64,000 nucleotides of DNA, taken from an uncultured bacterium. Its GTDB lineage: Bacteria; Oederibacteriota; JAAXVQ01. A program made the position numbers and the translations under genes. Below the pieces are notes generated by a model. The model did not search any database. It had not been told where the DNA came from and was given only the letters and a program-made list of their open reading frames with translations. The stretch lies in NCBI GenBank assembly GCA_964593065.1, contig CAZQGO010000007.1:32708-96707 (forward strand), in the 5' to 3' direction. Each line of letters begins with the position of its first letter. Positions within the stretch are counted from its first letter, which is position 1. Below, piece after piece: positions 1 through 8,169 of the stretch.

Positions 1-1137
1 GTTCATGACCACCGCGTCGTACCGCCGTCGCGTCGTGCGCACGGTGCGGCGGCCGTCGTCTAGGGTGATGCGGACCCGGTGCGGATCGACCCCGAAATAT
101 TTTTCCGACGCCGTCACCACGTGGCGGTCGATTTCGACCACGTCGATCCCCAGTCCGCGCTGCAGAAGCAGGTGCACCATATTTCCCCCGCCCAGCCCGA
201 TCAGGAGCACCCGCTGCGCCCGCGGGTTGAAGCGCGCCAGCAGGGTGTCCAGGTCGTTGACGTACTCGGGCAGGGCGCCGTGGGTGCGCGGATCCTCGCC
301 GGATTGCGAGATGCCGTCGATGAGGAAAATACGGCTGGCGCCGGCCTCGATGACCTTGAGCTCGCCGTAGAAGCTCGTGCTTTTGTGCAGGATTTTAATC
401 CCGGGCGTGGCCCAGCCGGTCTCCGGATCGCGGGGGAAAAAAAGCAGCAGGCCCAGCACCACGGCCAGCAGGGCGCCCACGGCCGCGGCCTGCTTGGGTC
501 GGGCCGCGATGTAAAAGACGGCGGGCAGCAGGAGCAGGGCGAACCCCAGCGCCAGCAGGATGTTGCTGATGCGGAAGGTGGGAATCAGGTAGAAGCCCAT
601 GGCAATGGTGCCGATGAAACTGCCCAGAGTGGAAACGGCGTAGACCAGGCCCACGCGCGATCCCAGTTTCTCCAGGCGGTCGGTGTACAGCTTGGTGGCA
701 TAGGGTGTGACCATGCCGAGCAGGAAGAGAGCCGGCCCGAACAGCAGGGCGCTGCCCAGCAAGGCTCCCAGGCGGAGTCCCAGGCGGCTGGCCAGAGTCA
801 GGCAGGGCGTGCGCGCGAGAGGAATCGCGAAAGTCAGCGCGGCGGCCAGGAAAATGATCCGGTACAGGGTCTCCGGCTTGCGCCGGATGTCCGCCATCTT
901 GCCCCCGAGCCAGTAGCCGGCCGCCAGGGCCAGGAGCGTGACCGTAATCAGGGCGGACCAGACATACAGTCCGACGCCGAAATAGGGCCCCACCACGCGC
1001 GTGCCCACCACTTCCAGCATCATGACCACGTTGCCGGTGACGAAGATCGTGGCCAAAAGCATGGCTTTGGGAACCAGGACCGGGGACGGGGCCACGTCGT
1101 TCCCGCCCTGGGCCGGGATTTCCTCCCGGGCGCTCAC
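1..1137 (-). CDS. Polyamine aminopropyltransferase (spermidine synthase-like) with N-terminal multi-TM domain; partial, continues past the window start
   Basis: Minus-strand translation, not in the ORF track because it runs off the edge: MLLATIFVTGNVVMMLEVVGTRVVGPYFGVGLYVWSALITVTLLALAAGYWLGG...FYGELKVIEAGASRIFLIDGISQSGED...VLLIGLGGGNMV...DVVEIDRHVV. This is the membrane-anchored spermidine-synthase architecture. Start is either GTG at 1137 (GTGA overlap with the upstream stop) or ATG at 1061. Confidence 0.55.
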   Translation of the reverse strand, partial: MSAREEIPAQGGNDVAPSPVLVPKAMLLATIFVTGNVVMMLEVVGTRVVGPYFGVGLYVWSALITVTLLALAAGYWLGGKMADIRRKPETLYRIIFLAAALTFAIPLARTPCLTLASRLGLRLGALLGSALLFGPALFLLGMVTPYATKLYTDRLEKLGSRVGLVYAVSTLGSFIGTIAMGFYLIPTFRISNILLALGFALLLLPAVFYIAARPKQAAAVGALLAVVLGLLLFFPRDPETGWATPGIKILHKSTSFYGELKVIEAGASRIFLIDGISQSGEDPRTHGALPEYVNDLDTLLARFNPRAQRVLLIGLGGGNMVHLLLQRGLGIDVVEIDRHVVTASEKYFGVDPHRVRITLDDGRRTVRTTRRRYDAVVMN

Positions 1138-2975
1138 GGTACCGCTTTCCCGGCCCGGAGGACTTCCAGGGCCAGTTCCACGTTGCCCAGGGGCGCCGAT
1201 ACCTGCACCCCGCTCACCCCATCGCGAATTCGCCGCAGCGCCTCCCCGGCAATGCGCACGCCTTCGGCCTGGGCCTCGGGGCCCGAGCCCTTGGCCCGCA
1301 TGCGCTCCAGGATCGCCGCCGGCACGCTGGCACCGGGCACCTCGTTGTTCATGAACTCCGCGTTCTTGAAGGAAACCAGGGGCCAGATGCCGGCGATCAG
1401 CGGGGGGGCGTTGGCGGGCAGGCGCTCCCGGAAGCGCAGGAAAATGTCGGGATCGAAGACGGGTTGGGTGATCATGAACTCCGCCCCGGCTTCGATCTTC
1501 TGCCGGAGGCGGTCGAGTTCCTGTTCCAAATTGATGGCCCCGGGATTCACGCCCACGCCCTTCACGAAAGCCAGGGGTGCGGGAATGGGGTTGCCCCCCA
1601 CGTCCTGGCCGCGGTTTAAACCCGAAACGATGCGCGTCAAGCCGATTGAATCCACGTCGAACACGGCCGTGGCGTCCGGGTAATCGCCGATTTTCGGGGG
1701 ATCGCCGGTGATGATCAGGAGGTTGCGCAACCCGGCCGCGAAGGCGCCCAGCAGGTCCGACTGCATGCCGATGATGTTGCGGTCGCGGCAGGTGTAATGC
1801 AGCACCGTTTCTAAGCCCACCTGCTGCTCGATGAGAATGGCCAGCACCAGCGGCGACATCCGGGCCGAGGCCCGGGGCCCGTCCGGAATGTTGACGGCAT
1901 CCACGCCCGCGCTTTTTAACCGGCGGCATTTCTCCAGCGTGGCCTTGGGATCGGCCGTGCGGGGGGGCGTGACTTCGACGGTGGTGATGAATGTGCGGCC
2001 GGCGAGCTTGTGTCCGAACCGGGACTTTTCTCCCAGCGGCTTTTCCGGCGCCAGGGGTTGTTTCAGTTCGCACGCCTCCACCGGCCGCTCGCCCTGGCGC
2101 GGAAACAGGGCGCGAATGGCCGCGCGCATGGCTTTGAGGTGCGCCGGCGTCGTACCGCAGCAGCCGCCCACCACGGTTGCGCCCGTCTGGATGAAGCGCT
2201 TGGCGTACTCGGCCATGTACTCGGGCGATGCCAGGTAAAAGTACCGCCCTTCCACCAGGCGCGGCATGCCGGCATTGGGCTGGCAGGACAAGGGCTTGGA
2301 CGTGAGGCGCACGGCGTGTTCCAGCAGCGTCAGCATGTCCGCCGGGCCGGTGGAGCAATTAAAGCCGATCACATCCGCGTCCCATTCGCAAGCGTCCCGG
2401 ATGAACGCCTCCAGTTTGGTCCCGATGGGGGTTTCCGCGTGTTCGTTGAAGGTGGCTTGGGCCACGATGGGCAGGCGGGTCAAAGCTCGGGCAGTCTCGA
2501 CGGCGAGCTTGAGCTCCTGCGTGTCGGCGAAGGTCTCGAAGATCAGCAGGTCCACGCCCTCTGCCAGCAGGGCCTGCAGCTGGGCGGTGAACAGGCTCCT
2601 GGCTTCCTGCGGATCCACGGGTCCCAACGGCTTCAGATATGCGCCCACGGGTCCCAGGGCTCCGGCCACCAGTGCCTGGTCCCCGGCCGCGCTCCGCGCC
2701 AGCCGGACCGCGGAGCGGTTGATTTCCGCGACCTGCTGCTCCAGGCCGAAGGCCTTGAGTTTCCAGGCATTGGACCCGAAAGTGTTGGTTTCGAGCACAT
2801 CGGCACCGGCGCGCACGTATTCGTCGTGCACGTCCTTGACCATGGCGGGCTGGGTCATGTTCAGCGCTTCGTAGCACTGGTTGATGTAGGCGCCTTTTTC
2901 GTACAGCATGGTGCCCATGGCGCCGTCAAACAGCACGACGCCCTGGGCCAGTTTTTCCAAAAAAGGATGGGGCAA
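1134..2975 (-). CDS. Bifunctional homocysteine S-methyltransferase / 5,10-methylenetetrahydrofolate reductase (YitJ-type fusion)
   Basis: 613 aa. N-terminal Hcy-binding domain (VLFDGAMGTML...ETNTFGSN...GGCCGTTPAHL) and C-terminal MTHFR domain. TTG start preceded by GGAGG; a -35/-10-like TTGTAG/TAAAAT lies upstream. Confidence 0.75.
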   Translation of the reverse strand: MPHPFLEKLAQGVVLFDGAMGTMLYEKGAYINQCYEALNMTQPAMVKDVHDEYVRAGADVLETNTFGSNAWKLKAFGLEQQVAEINRSAVRLARSAAGDQALVAGALGPVGAYLKPLGPVDPQEARSLFTAQLQALLAEGVDLLIFETFADTQELKLAVETARALTRLPIVAQATFNEHAETPIGTKLEAFIRDACEWDADVIGFNCSTGPADMLTLLEHAVRLTSKPLSCQPNAGMPRLVEGRYFYLASPEYMAEYAKRFIQTGATVVGGCCGTTPAHLKAMRAAIRALFPRQGERPVEACELKQPLAPEKPLGEKSRFGHKLAGRTFITTVEVTPPRTADPKATLEKCRRLKSAGVDAVNIPDGPRASARMSPLVLAILIEQQVGLETVLHYTCRDRNIIGMQSDLLGAFAAGLRNLLIITGDPPKIGDYPDATAVFDVDSIGLTRIVSGLNRGQDVGGNPIPAPLAFVKGVGVNPGAINLEQELDRLRQKIEAGAEFMITQPVFDPDIFLRFRERLPANAPPLIAGIWPLVSFKNAEFMNNEVPGASVPAAILERMRAKGSGPEAQAEGVRIAGEALRRIRDGVSGVQVSAPLGNVELALEVLRAGKAVP

Positions 2976-3191
2976 GGCTTTTTATCCTCCGGCTTTTTTA
3001 GTCCCGTACTGTCGCCGTTTTTGGAAATCCTGGTCATTTTAACCTTAAGTGATTGTAAACTACAAGGCCATAAATGTCCAAGGCCCCGCTAGAATACCCC
3101 GGGGCCTTGGTGAAAGGGGCTTCTCCCCCGGGGAGTCGTCGGCTCGCGCGCGTTTCCACGGCCGCCGTTCATTCCGGGCTGGCGGAAAAGT

Positions 3192-3222
3192 TGGTCGGGG
3201 CGAGAGGATTTGAACCTCACGC
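3192..3222 (-). other. Orphan tRNA-like 3' fragment: T-arm GGTTCAAATCC plus acceptor strand ending ACCA, with no matching 5' half
   Basis: Minus strand reads ...GCGTGAGGTTCAAATCCTCTCGCCCCGACCA. No complementary 5' acceptor strand (CGGGGCG) was found within 400 nt. It resembles a diverged copy of the fMet-tRNA 3' end at 58811. Confidence 0.3.
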
Positions 3223-3290
3223 CTTCGTCGCGGAGTCTATCCTTTGCGTTTCGAGGACCTTCGCGTAGCGAAGGACCGCAGAGCTTAGGA

Positions 3291-3667
3291 CTCCCCAAAG
3301 GGGGATTCCCCCTCCGGCGCCCTGAACCGTGAAGGTTCAGGGCTGCCTCCCCCTCTTTGTCGGGGGATACTCCCCCGACTCCCCCTCGTGTCCTAAATGA
3401 AAACGCCGAAGGGCGCTTTCCCTCCGGCGTGGTCTTGGTTTTGGTAGCGGAGCAGGGACTCGAACCCCGGACACGTCGCTTCACTCCCCAAAGGGGGATT
3501 CCCCCTCCGGCGCCCTGAACCGTGAAGGTTCAGGGCTGCCTCCCCCTCTTTGTCGGGGGATACTCCCCCGACTCCCCCTCGTGTCCTAAATGAAAACGCC
3601 GAAGGGCGCTTTCCCTCCGGCGTGGTCTTGGTTTTGGTAGCGGAGCAGGGACTCGAACCCCGGACAC
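3291..3667. repeat. Exact tandem direct repeat, 2 x 184 bp (3291-3474 and 3484-3667) with a 9-bp spacer; each copy contains the last ~33 nt of tRNA-Met plus ~150 bp of hairpin-rich downstream flank
   Basis: Direct string comparison shows the two copies are identical. The second copy runs straight into the intact tRNA-Met gene; the first copy is followed by gtcgcttca. Confidence 0.9.
3588..3612 (-). terminator. Intrinsic terminator downstream of tRNA-Met; repeated at about 3395-3419 inside the duplicated copy
   Basis: Minus strand GCGCC-CUUC-GGCGU hairpin followed by UUUUCAUUU, about 25 nt after the tRNA CCA end. Confidence 0.5.
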
Positions 3668-3711
3668 TACGGGTATGAACCGTATGCTCTAACCAACTGA
3701 GCTACTCCGCC
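3635..3711 (-). tRNA. tRNA-Met(CAU), elongator type; a lysidine tRNA-Ile2 cannot be excluded
   Basis: GGCGGAGTAGCTCAGTTGGTTAGAGCATACGGTTCATACCCGTAGTGTCCGGGGTTCGAGTCCCTGCTCCGCTACCA. Cloverleaf folds manually, anticodon loop TTCATAC, CCA encoded. Confidence 0.85.
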
Positions 3712-3805
3712 GAAAACCCGACTCCCAAACGTTTTTCCGGGCTATTTTGATTGACGATACCACAGGGCCAAATCAAAAGGCAAGCGTTTTTGAGGTTGCT
3801 CTCCG

Positions 3806-4372
3806 TCACGGGGCGGAGTGCAGCCACACGTCGGGCCCCATGACTGTCAGGGTCCAGTCCTGCAGGCGGGAACTCAAGGCCAATTGCCGGATTTCCGCGT
3901 ACGGCATCGCCGCGGCGCGCTGCCGGTAGAGGGCCCTCAGCTTCGGATGGCCGGCGGCGACCAGCAGGGTTTCCAGGCCCGCAGCCTCGCGCCTCAGGTC
4001 CCCGATCAGGACAATCCCTCCCAGCTTCAGCACCCGGGAGATTTCATCCACAACCGCCAGGGGACGCGGCCAGGCATGCAGGCCGCCGTAGGATATCACG
4101 CCGTCCACGCTGCGGTCGGGCAAGGGCAGGCATGTCAGGTCACTGTCAGGATACTTCACGCGGGGTCCCAAGTTCCATTTGCCTGCTTGGGCTTCCGCCG
4201 CCGTCCGCTCGTCCGGGGAGTACCCGCAGCCCACCATCTCCAGTTCCGGGGCCCGGCGCAATAATTCCAACCCCGGCCAAAAACGGCCGGGGCCCGCTTC
4301 CAGAAGAAGGCCGCAGATCAGGTGCCGCTGGCGCGCCAAGGCTTGCATGCGTGGCAGACTGTGGCGAAACAT
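3806..4372 (-). CDS. Class I SAM-dependent methyltransferase
   Basis: ELEMVGCGYS (motif I-like) and VDGVISYGGLHAWPRPLAVVDEISRVLKLGGIVLI (motifs II/III). Confidence 0.5.
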   Translation of the reverse strand: MFRHSLPRMQALARQRHLICGLLLEAGPGRFWPGLELLRRAPELEMVGCGYSPDERTAAEAQAGKWNLGPRVKYPDSDLTCLPLPDRSVDGVISYGGLHAWPRPLAVVDEISRVLKLGGIVLIGDLRREAAGLETLLVAAGHPKLRALYRQRAAAMPYAEIRQLALSSRLQDWTLTVMGPDVWLHSAP

Positions 4373-4533
4373 CTCATTCCTCCTGGGCGGACACGCGCCG
4401 CGGGCTCGGGATCGGGGTCCCGGGAATCAAACGAAGGATTTTTCCCCGGACGCGCCTGCGGCCGGTCAAGCGGCCGTGCTTTTGGGACAATCTCGGCGGA
4501 AATCCTAAACAGTTGGGGGGTGAATATTTCGGA

Positions 4534-4860
4534 TTAAAGGATCTTGAGTACATCCAGTCGGATATCCTGGAACATGACGCCGCACGTCAACGTGGTATCG
4601 GTGCCTTGCGGTTGGCACCAGACGACCGTGCCTCGGGAATTGAACACCTTCTCTCCGCTTTTGGCGGGAATGTAAAGAACGATGTCCAGGGCCGTCCCGG
4701 TGCGCAACGGCTCCATGGACCGCATCCTCACGCCCCCCGCCGACACATCGTAGGTCCGGGTCCAGCATAAACCGCCGCCGAGCCGCCGGTAGGCGACCGG
4801 AACTTGAATTTCATTTCGGCGAAAACGACGACGGTTGATCCACGAACCCATCTCTGCCAC
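4534..4860 (-). CDS. PilZ domain protein (c-di-GMP receptor)
   Basis: 108 aa with RRFRR (RxxxR) and DVSAGG (DxSxxG) motifs. Confidence 0.7.
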   Translation of the reverse strand: MAEMGSWINRRRFRRNEIQVPVAYRRLGGGLCWTRTYDVSAGGVRMRSMEPLRTGTALDIVLYIPAKSGEKVFNSRGTVVWCQPQGTDTTLTCGVMFQDIRLDVLKIL

Positions 4861-4937
4861 CTTTTAGATCCGAAAGGTTCTTCCGCAAGATGCGGCGCCA
4901 GGAATCTTTTTTCTCTATGCGCGCCCGCGGCGCAGGG

Positions 4938-5318
4938 CTAATGATGGACGCGGTGTAGAATATCACTGACGAAATCGGCCAATTCAAAGGGGTCGAAAGG
5001 TTTGACGACATACCCGTCGGCTTTCAGGTTGAAACCCTGTTCGATGTCGGGTTGCTTGTCCTTGGCGGTAATGAAAACCACGGGAATGTTCTTGGTTTCT
5101 TCCTGAGCCTTGAGGGTCTGGCATATTTCATAGCCGTCGAAAAGCGGCATCATGATATCCAGCAGAATGAGGTCCGGGTGTTCCTGGTATACTTTGGCCA
5201 AGGCTTCCTGCCCGTTGCCTGCCCCGACGACCTCAAAACCTTTACGGCGAAATCCTTCCTGCAATAACTCAATGATATCCGGATGGTCATCCACCACCAG
5301 GATTTTTTCTCCGGCCAT
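4938..5318 (-). CDS. Single-domain response regulator (CheY-like receiver)
   Basis: MAGEKILVVDDHPDIIELL...LLDIMMPLFDGYEI...VVFITAKD...GYVVKPF. Confidence 0.8.
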   Translation of the reverse strand: MAGEKILVVDDHPDIIELLQEGFRRKGFEVVGAGNGQEALAKVYQEHPDLILLDIMMPLFDGYEICQTLKAQEETKNIPVVFITAKDKQPDIEQGFNLKADGYVVKPFDPFELADFVSDILHRVHH

Positions 5319-5399
5319 GACCCGAATTCCGCCTCTCCGCCCCATTTCGGGAAAACCTTGTAACTATAACACTTTTTAGGAGACGGTGCAAGAGTATTT

Positions 5400-6182
5400 T
5401 CAGAGGCGTATGCGGTCCTGGCGCAGGCTTTTCATTCCGGCGCGAAGATGGGTGATGGCTTGGGAATGAATTTGACACACGCGCGACTCCGTGACGTCCA
5501 GCACGGCGGCGATTTCTTTCATACTCAATTCTTCGTAATAATAAAGGGTCAACACCAGTCTTTGCTTTTCAGGGAGTTTTTCAATCAACTCGGCCAGCAG
5601 GTCCCTCCATTCCTGGACGGACACCGCATGGAGTGCATCGGGCTGGTTCCGGGACAACACGGCATGGTAGGCGGGCAGGATGTCGGCGCGATGGTCCGGG
5701 TGATCGAGCAGCTCTTCCAGGGAAACCACCGGGGGCACAAGGGTTTCGGTCAGCAGGTCGTGGTACTCTTCCAGGCTCAAGCCAAGATGCTTGGCTAAGT
5801 CCTCCTCCGTCGGCGTACGCGTGCGTTTCCGGGCCACGGTTTCGAACGCCTTTTCCAGCTGGCGGTTTTTTTGGCGGATGGACCGCGGCACCCAGTCCAG
5901 AGCGCGCACCTCGTCCAGCACCGCTCCCCGGATGCGAAAAAAGGCGTAGGTGGAAAACTTCTTCCCGAGCCGGTGATTGTATTTTTCCAGGGCGTCGATC
6001 AGGCCCAGAATTCCCGCTCCGACGAGATCCTCGGTTGACAAGCCAACCGGGCCGGCCGCCAGTGCCATGCGATCCACAACGAAGTAGACCAGCGGGAGGT
6101 TCTTCTCCAACAGTCGCTCGCGCGCCACCATGTCCCTGGACTGCCGGTAACGTTCCCACAGGGCCCAATCGTCGTCCGCCAT
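5400..6182 (-). CDS. fliA: Sigma-70 family sigma factor, FliA/WhiG (sigma-28) type
   Basis: 260 aa. Region 2 (YAFFRIRGAVLDE), region 4 (LTLYYYEELSMKEIAAVLDVTESRVCQIHSQAITHLR). A FlgM-like gene lies nearby. Confidence 0.65.
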   Translation of the reverse strand: MADDDWALWERYRQSRDMVARERLLEKNLPLVYFVVDRMALAAGPVGLSTEDLVGAGILGLIDALEKYNHRLGKKFSTYAFFRIRGAVLDEVRALDWVPRSIRQKNRQLEKAFETVARKRTRTPTEEDLAKHLGLSLEEYHDLLTETLVPPVVSLEELLDHPDHRADILPAYHAVLSRNQPDALHAVSVQEWRDLLAELIEKLPEKQRLVLTLYYYEELSMKEIAAVLDVTESRVCQIHSQAITHLRAGMKSLRQDRIRL

Positions 6183-6194
6183 TTTTCCTCCTCC

Positions 6195-7562
6195 TTATAT
6201 CCCGAGCTCCTTCATTTTGTTGAAGAGTGTTTTGTAATTGATTTTCAGCAGCCGGGCGGCCTGTGCCTTGTTCCAGCGGGTTTTGGCCAGTGCCCGCAGG
6301 ATGGTTTCCCTCTCCAGGCGCCGCGAGGCTTCCTGCCGGATTCGCTTTAATGAACGCGTTTCCGCAGCCGGGTTGGGCGAATCCTGCGCCGTGAAGCCGT
6401 AGCCCGCCGCCAGCAGGTCCGCCGGCAGATGCGGGGTTTCGATGCGCCGATTGGCCAGGATGGCGGCGCGCCGGATCGCGTTCCGGAGTTCGCGCACGTT
6501 TCCAGGCCAGGCGTAGGCATGAAAAATCTCCCAAACCGCGGGGGCGAAGCCCTCCAGGTTTTTCCCGAATTCATGATTGCACTGAGCCAGGAAGTACCGC
6601 GCCAAAAGGTCCAGGTCGGCTCCCCGGTCCCGCAGGGGCGGCAGCTGGATTTCAAACTCATTCATCCGGTGATAGAGTTCCTCCCGAAAATTTCCGGTCT
6701 GAATGATTTTTTCCAGGTCGCTGTTGGTGGCCGTGATCAGCCTGGTCCGGAGCGTAATTTCCTCCCGCCCGCCCAGCCGTTGAAACCGGCGTTCCTGCAG
6801 AACCCGCAGCAGCTTGGCCTGCACGGTCAGCGGCAGATTTCCGATTTCGTCCAAAAAAAGAGTCCCGCTCTGCGCCGCTTCAAACCGGCCGGGTTTGGCG
6901 GCGTACGCATCCGTGAAGGCCCCGCGTTCGTAGCCGAAAAGTTCGGCCTCCACCAGGGCGACCGGCAAGGCGCTGCAGTCCACGGAAATGAAAGCCTGAC
7001 CCGCGCGGGGGCTGAGCTGGTGAATGTACCGGGCGATCATTTCCTTGCCCGTGCCGCTTTCGCCCCGGAGCAGCACGCTCACCTCGAAAGGAGCGATCCG
7101 CTCCACCCATTCCATCGCCTTTTGCATGGCTGCATCGACCCACACCGGCTGCTCCATGGCAGGCCGTGGCGGCCCGGCATCGCCGCGTACATCCCGGCGG
7201 ATGGAGTGCGCCTCCTGCAGGGAAGTCAGCAACTGGTCCGAATCGATGGGTTTCAGGAGAAAATCGCTGGCTCCCAGTTTCATGGCTGCCACGGCTTTCT
7301 CCAGCGCATGGTCCGGCGAAATGACCACCACGGGCAGGCGGCTGTGCGCCTTGCGGATGGTTTGCAGGAGTTGCATGCCTCTGCCGTTGGGAAGGGAAAG
7401 GTCCAAAAGAATGATTTGCGGGTCGAGTTCTCGGATTAAATCGAGAATTTCATCGCCGCTGGAGTGAAAATTGATTTTAAAACCCTGCGGGAGCAGCAAT
7501 TTTTCCAATGAATTGCAAATATCAGGTTCATTATTTAGAATCAATATTTTTTTATCCATCAT
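6195..7562 (-). CDS. Sigma-54-dependent transcriptional activator (NtrC family: REC + AAA+ + Fis-type HTH)
   Basis: 455 aa. GESGTGKE Walker A, GAFTDA (GAFTGA variant), C-terminal HTH. N-terminus is AT-rich. Confidence 0.85.
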   Translation of the reverse strand: MMDKKILILNNEPDICNSLEKLLLPQGFKINFHSSGDEILDLIRELDPQIILLDLSLPNGRGMQLLQTIRKAHSRLPVVVISPDHALEKAVAAMKLGASDFLLKPIDSDQLLTSLQEAHSIRRDVRGDAGPPRPAMEQPVWVDAAMQKAMEWVERIAPFEVSVLLRGESGTGKEMIARYIHQLSPRAGQAFISVDCSALPVALVEAELFGYERGAFTDAYAAKPGRFEAAQSGTLFLDEIGNLPLTVQAKLLRVLQERRFQRLGGREEITLRTRLITATNSDLEKIIQTGNFREELYHRMNEFEIQLPPLRDRGADLDLLARYFLAQCNHEFGKNLEGFAPAVWEIFHAYAWPGNVRELRNAIRRAAILANRRIETPHLPADLLAAGYGFTAQDSPNPAAETRSLKRIRQEASRRLERETILRALAKTRWNKAQAARLLKINYKTLFNKMKELGI

Positions 7563-7576
7563 CTAAATAACTATTA

Positions 7577-7592
7577 GCAATTTATATGCCAA
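7577..7592 (-). promoter_or_regulatory. Candidate sigma-54 (-24/-12) promoter upstream of the activator gene
   Basis: Minus strand tTGGCATataaaTTGCTaa matches TGGCAC-N5-TTGCW. It sits only ~14 nt before the ATG, so the transcript would be near-leaderless. Confidence 0.3.
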
Positions 7593-7730
7593 CGAACATT
7601 GAATCCCTCTGGCGGTAAAATATATCTGCACGAATAAATTGATTTAAAACCAAGGGATTTACAGGACAAACGGCTTGAAGATTATTAATCTCTAATTGAT
7701 TACTAAGGAGTCATGGTCAGGCTAGGGAAA

Positions 7731-8105
7731 TTATTCCATGCCATCGGAATTCCTTTGCGGATTTATGGCAAACCATTTATCTACCAGCATTTTTCCGGAA
7801 ACATGATATTGGCCTCGCTGTATCTTCGCCTTTAATTCCGCAACGCGGTGGCTGCGGAATCCCCGGGATGGAACAGGCTGAAAGGCCGCAAGCCCGGCTT
7901 GGAGCGGATTGGCTCTCCGTTGAGCTTGCGGTCGCAATGGGTCATGAAAATCAGATATTTCCGCCAAGCGGTCGGAGCTTTTTCCGCCTGACCGGATCTT
8001 TCCAGCGGCCGGCCGGGAAAACCCAAAGGCAAGGCCGGAGACGGGACCGGGGAGGGGGTGTCGCCTGCGCCACAGGCGGTAAGATATCTTTTTGGCAGGC
8101 AGCAT
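7731..8105 (-). CDS. flgM: Anti-sigma-28 factor FlgM-like
   Basis: C-terminal RVAELKAKIQRGQYHVSGKMLVDKW fits the FlgM signature (RVxxLKxxIxxGxYxVDxxKIAdK). The N-terminal boundary is uncertain: the ORF may be artificially extended in GC-rich DNA. Confidence 0.5.
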   Translation of the reverse strand: MLPAKKISYRLWRRRHPLPGPVSGLAFGFSRPAAGKIRSGGKSSDRLAEISDFHDPLRPQAQRRANPLQAGLAAFQPVPSRGFRSHRVAELKAKIQRGQYHVSGKMLVDKWFAINPQRNSDGME

Positions 8106-8169
8106 TTCCCGGACTCCTTTCACCCGCAAAAATAGTATCGGGAAGCTGTGGTTGAGGCTTAAGCGTTTT

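Noticed and set aside
79-1683. 534-aa plus-strand ORF (also 5..370 and 707..916)
   Set aside because: Low-complexity R/G/Q-rich translation. It lies antisense to a well-supported spermidine-synthase-like gene and the 3' end of the Hcy-methyltransferase/MTHFR gene. Typical GC-rich shadow ORF.
2010-3092. 360-aa plus-strand ORF and other shadow ORFs antisense to the methyltransferase/MTHFR gene
   Set aside because: No recognisable domains. Entirely antisense to a 613-aa gene with clear motifs.
3192-3560. Possible tmRNA (ssrA) on the minus strand ending at the tRNA-like T-arm/ACCA at 3192
   Set aside because: No 5' acceptor strand complementary to CGCCCCG could be found. No plausible tag-peptide reading frame (no ...ALAA-stop). 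The intervening sequence is the tandem repeat. An orphan tRNA 3' fragment is the better reading.
5581-6534. 317-aa minus-strand ORF and 196-aa plus ORF overlapping fliA and the sigma-54 activator
   Set aside because: Out-of-frame overlap with two genes that have strong domain signatures. R/G/P-rich, low-complexity translation.
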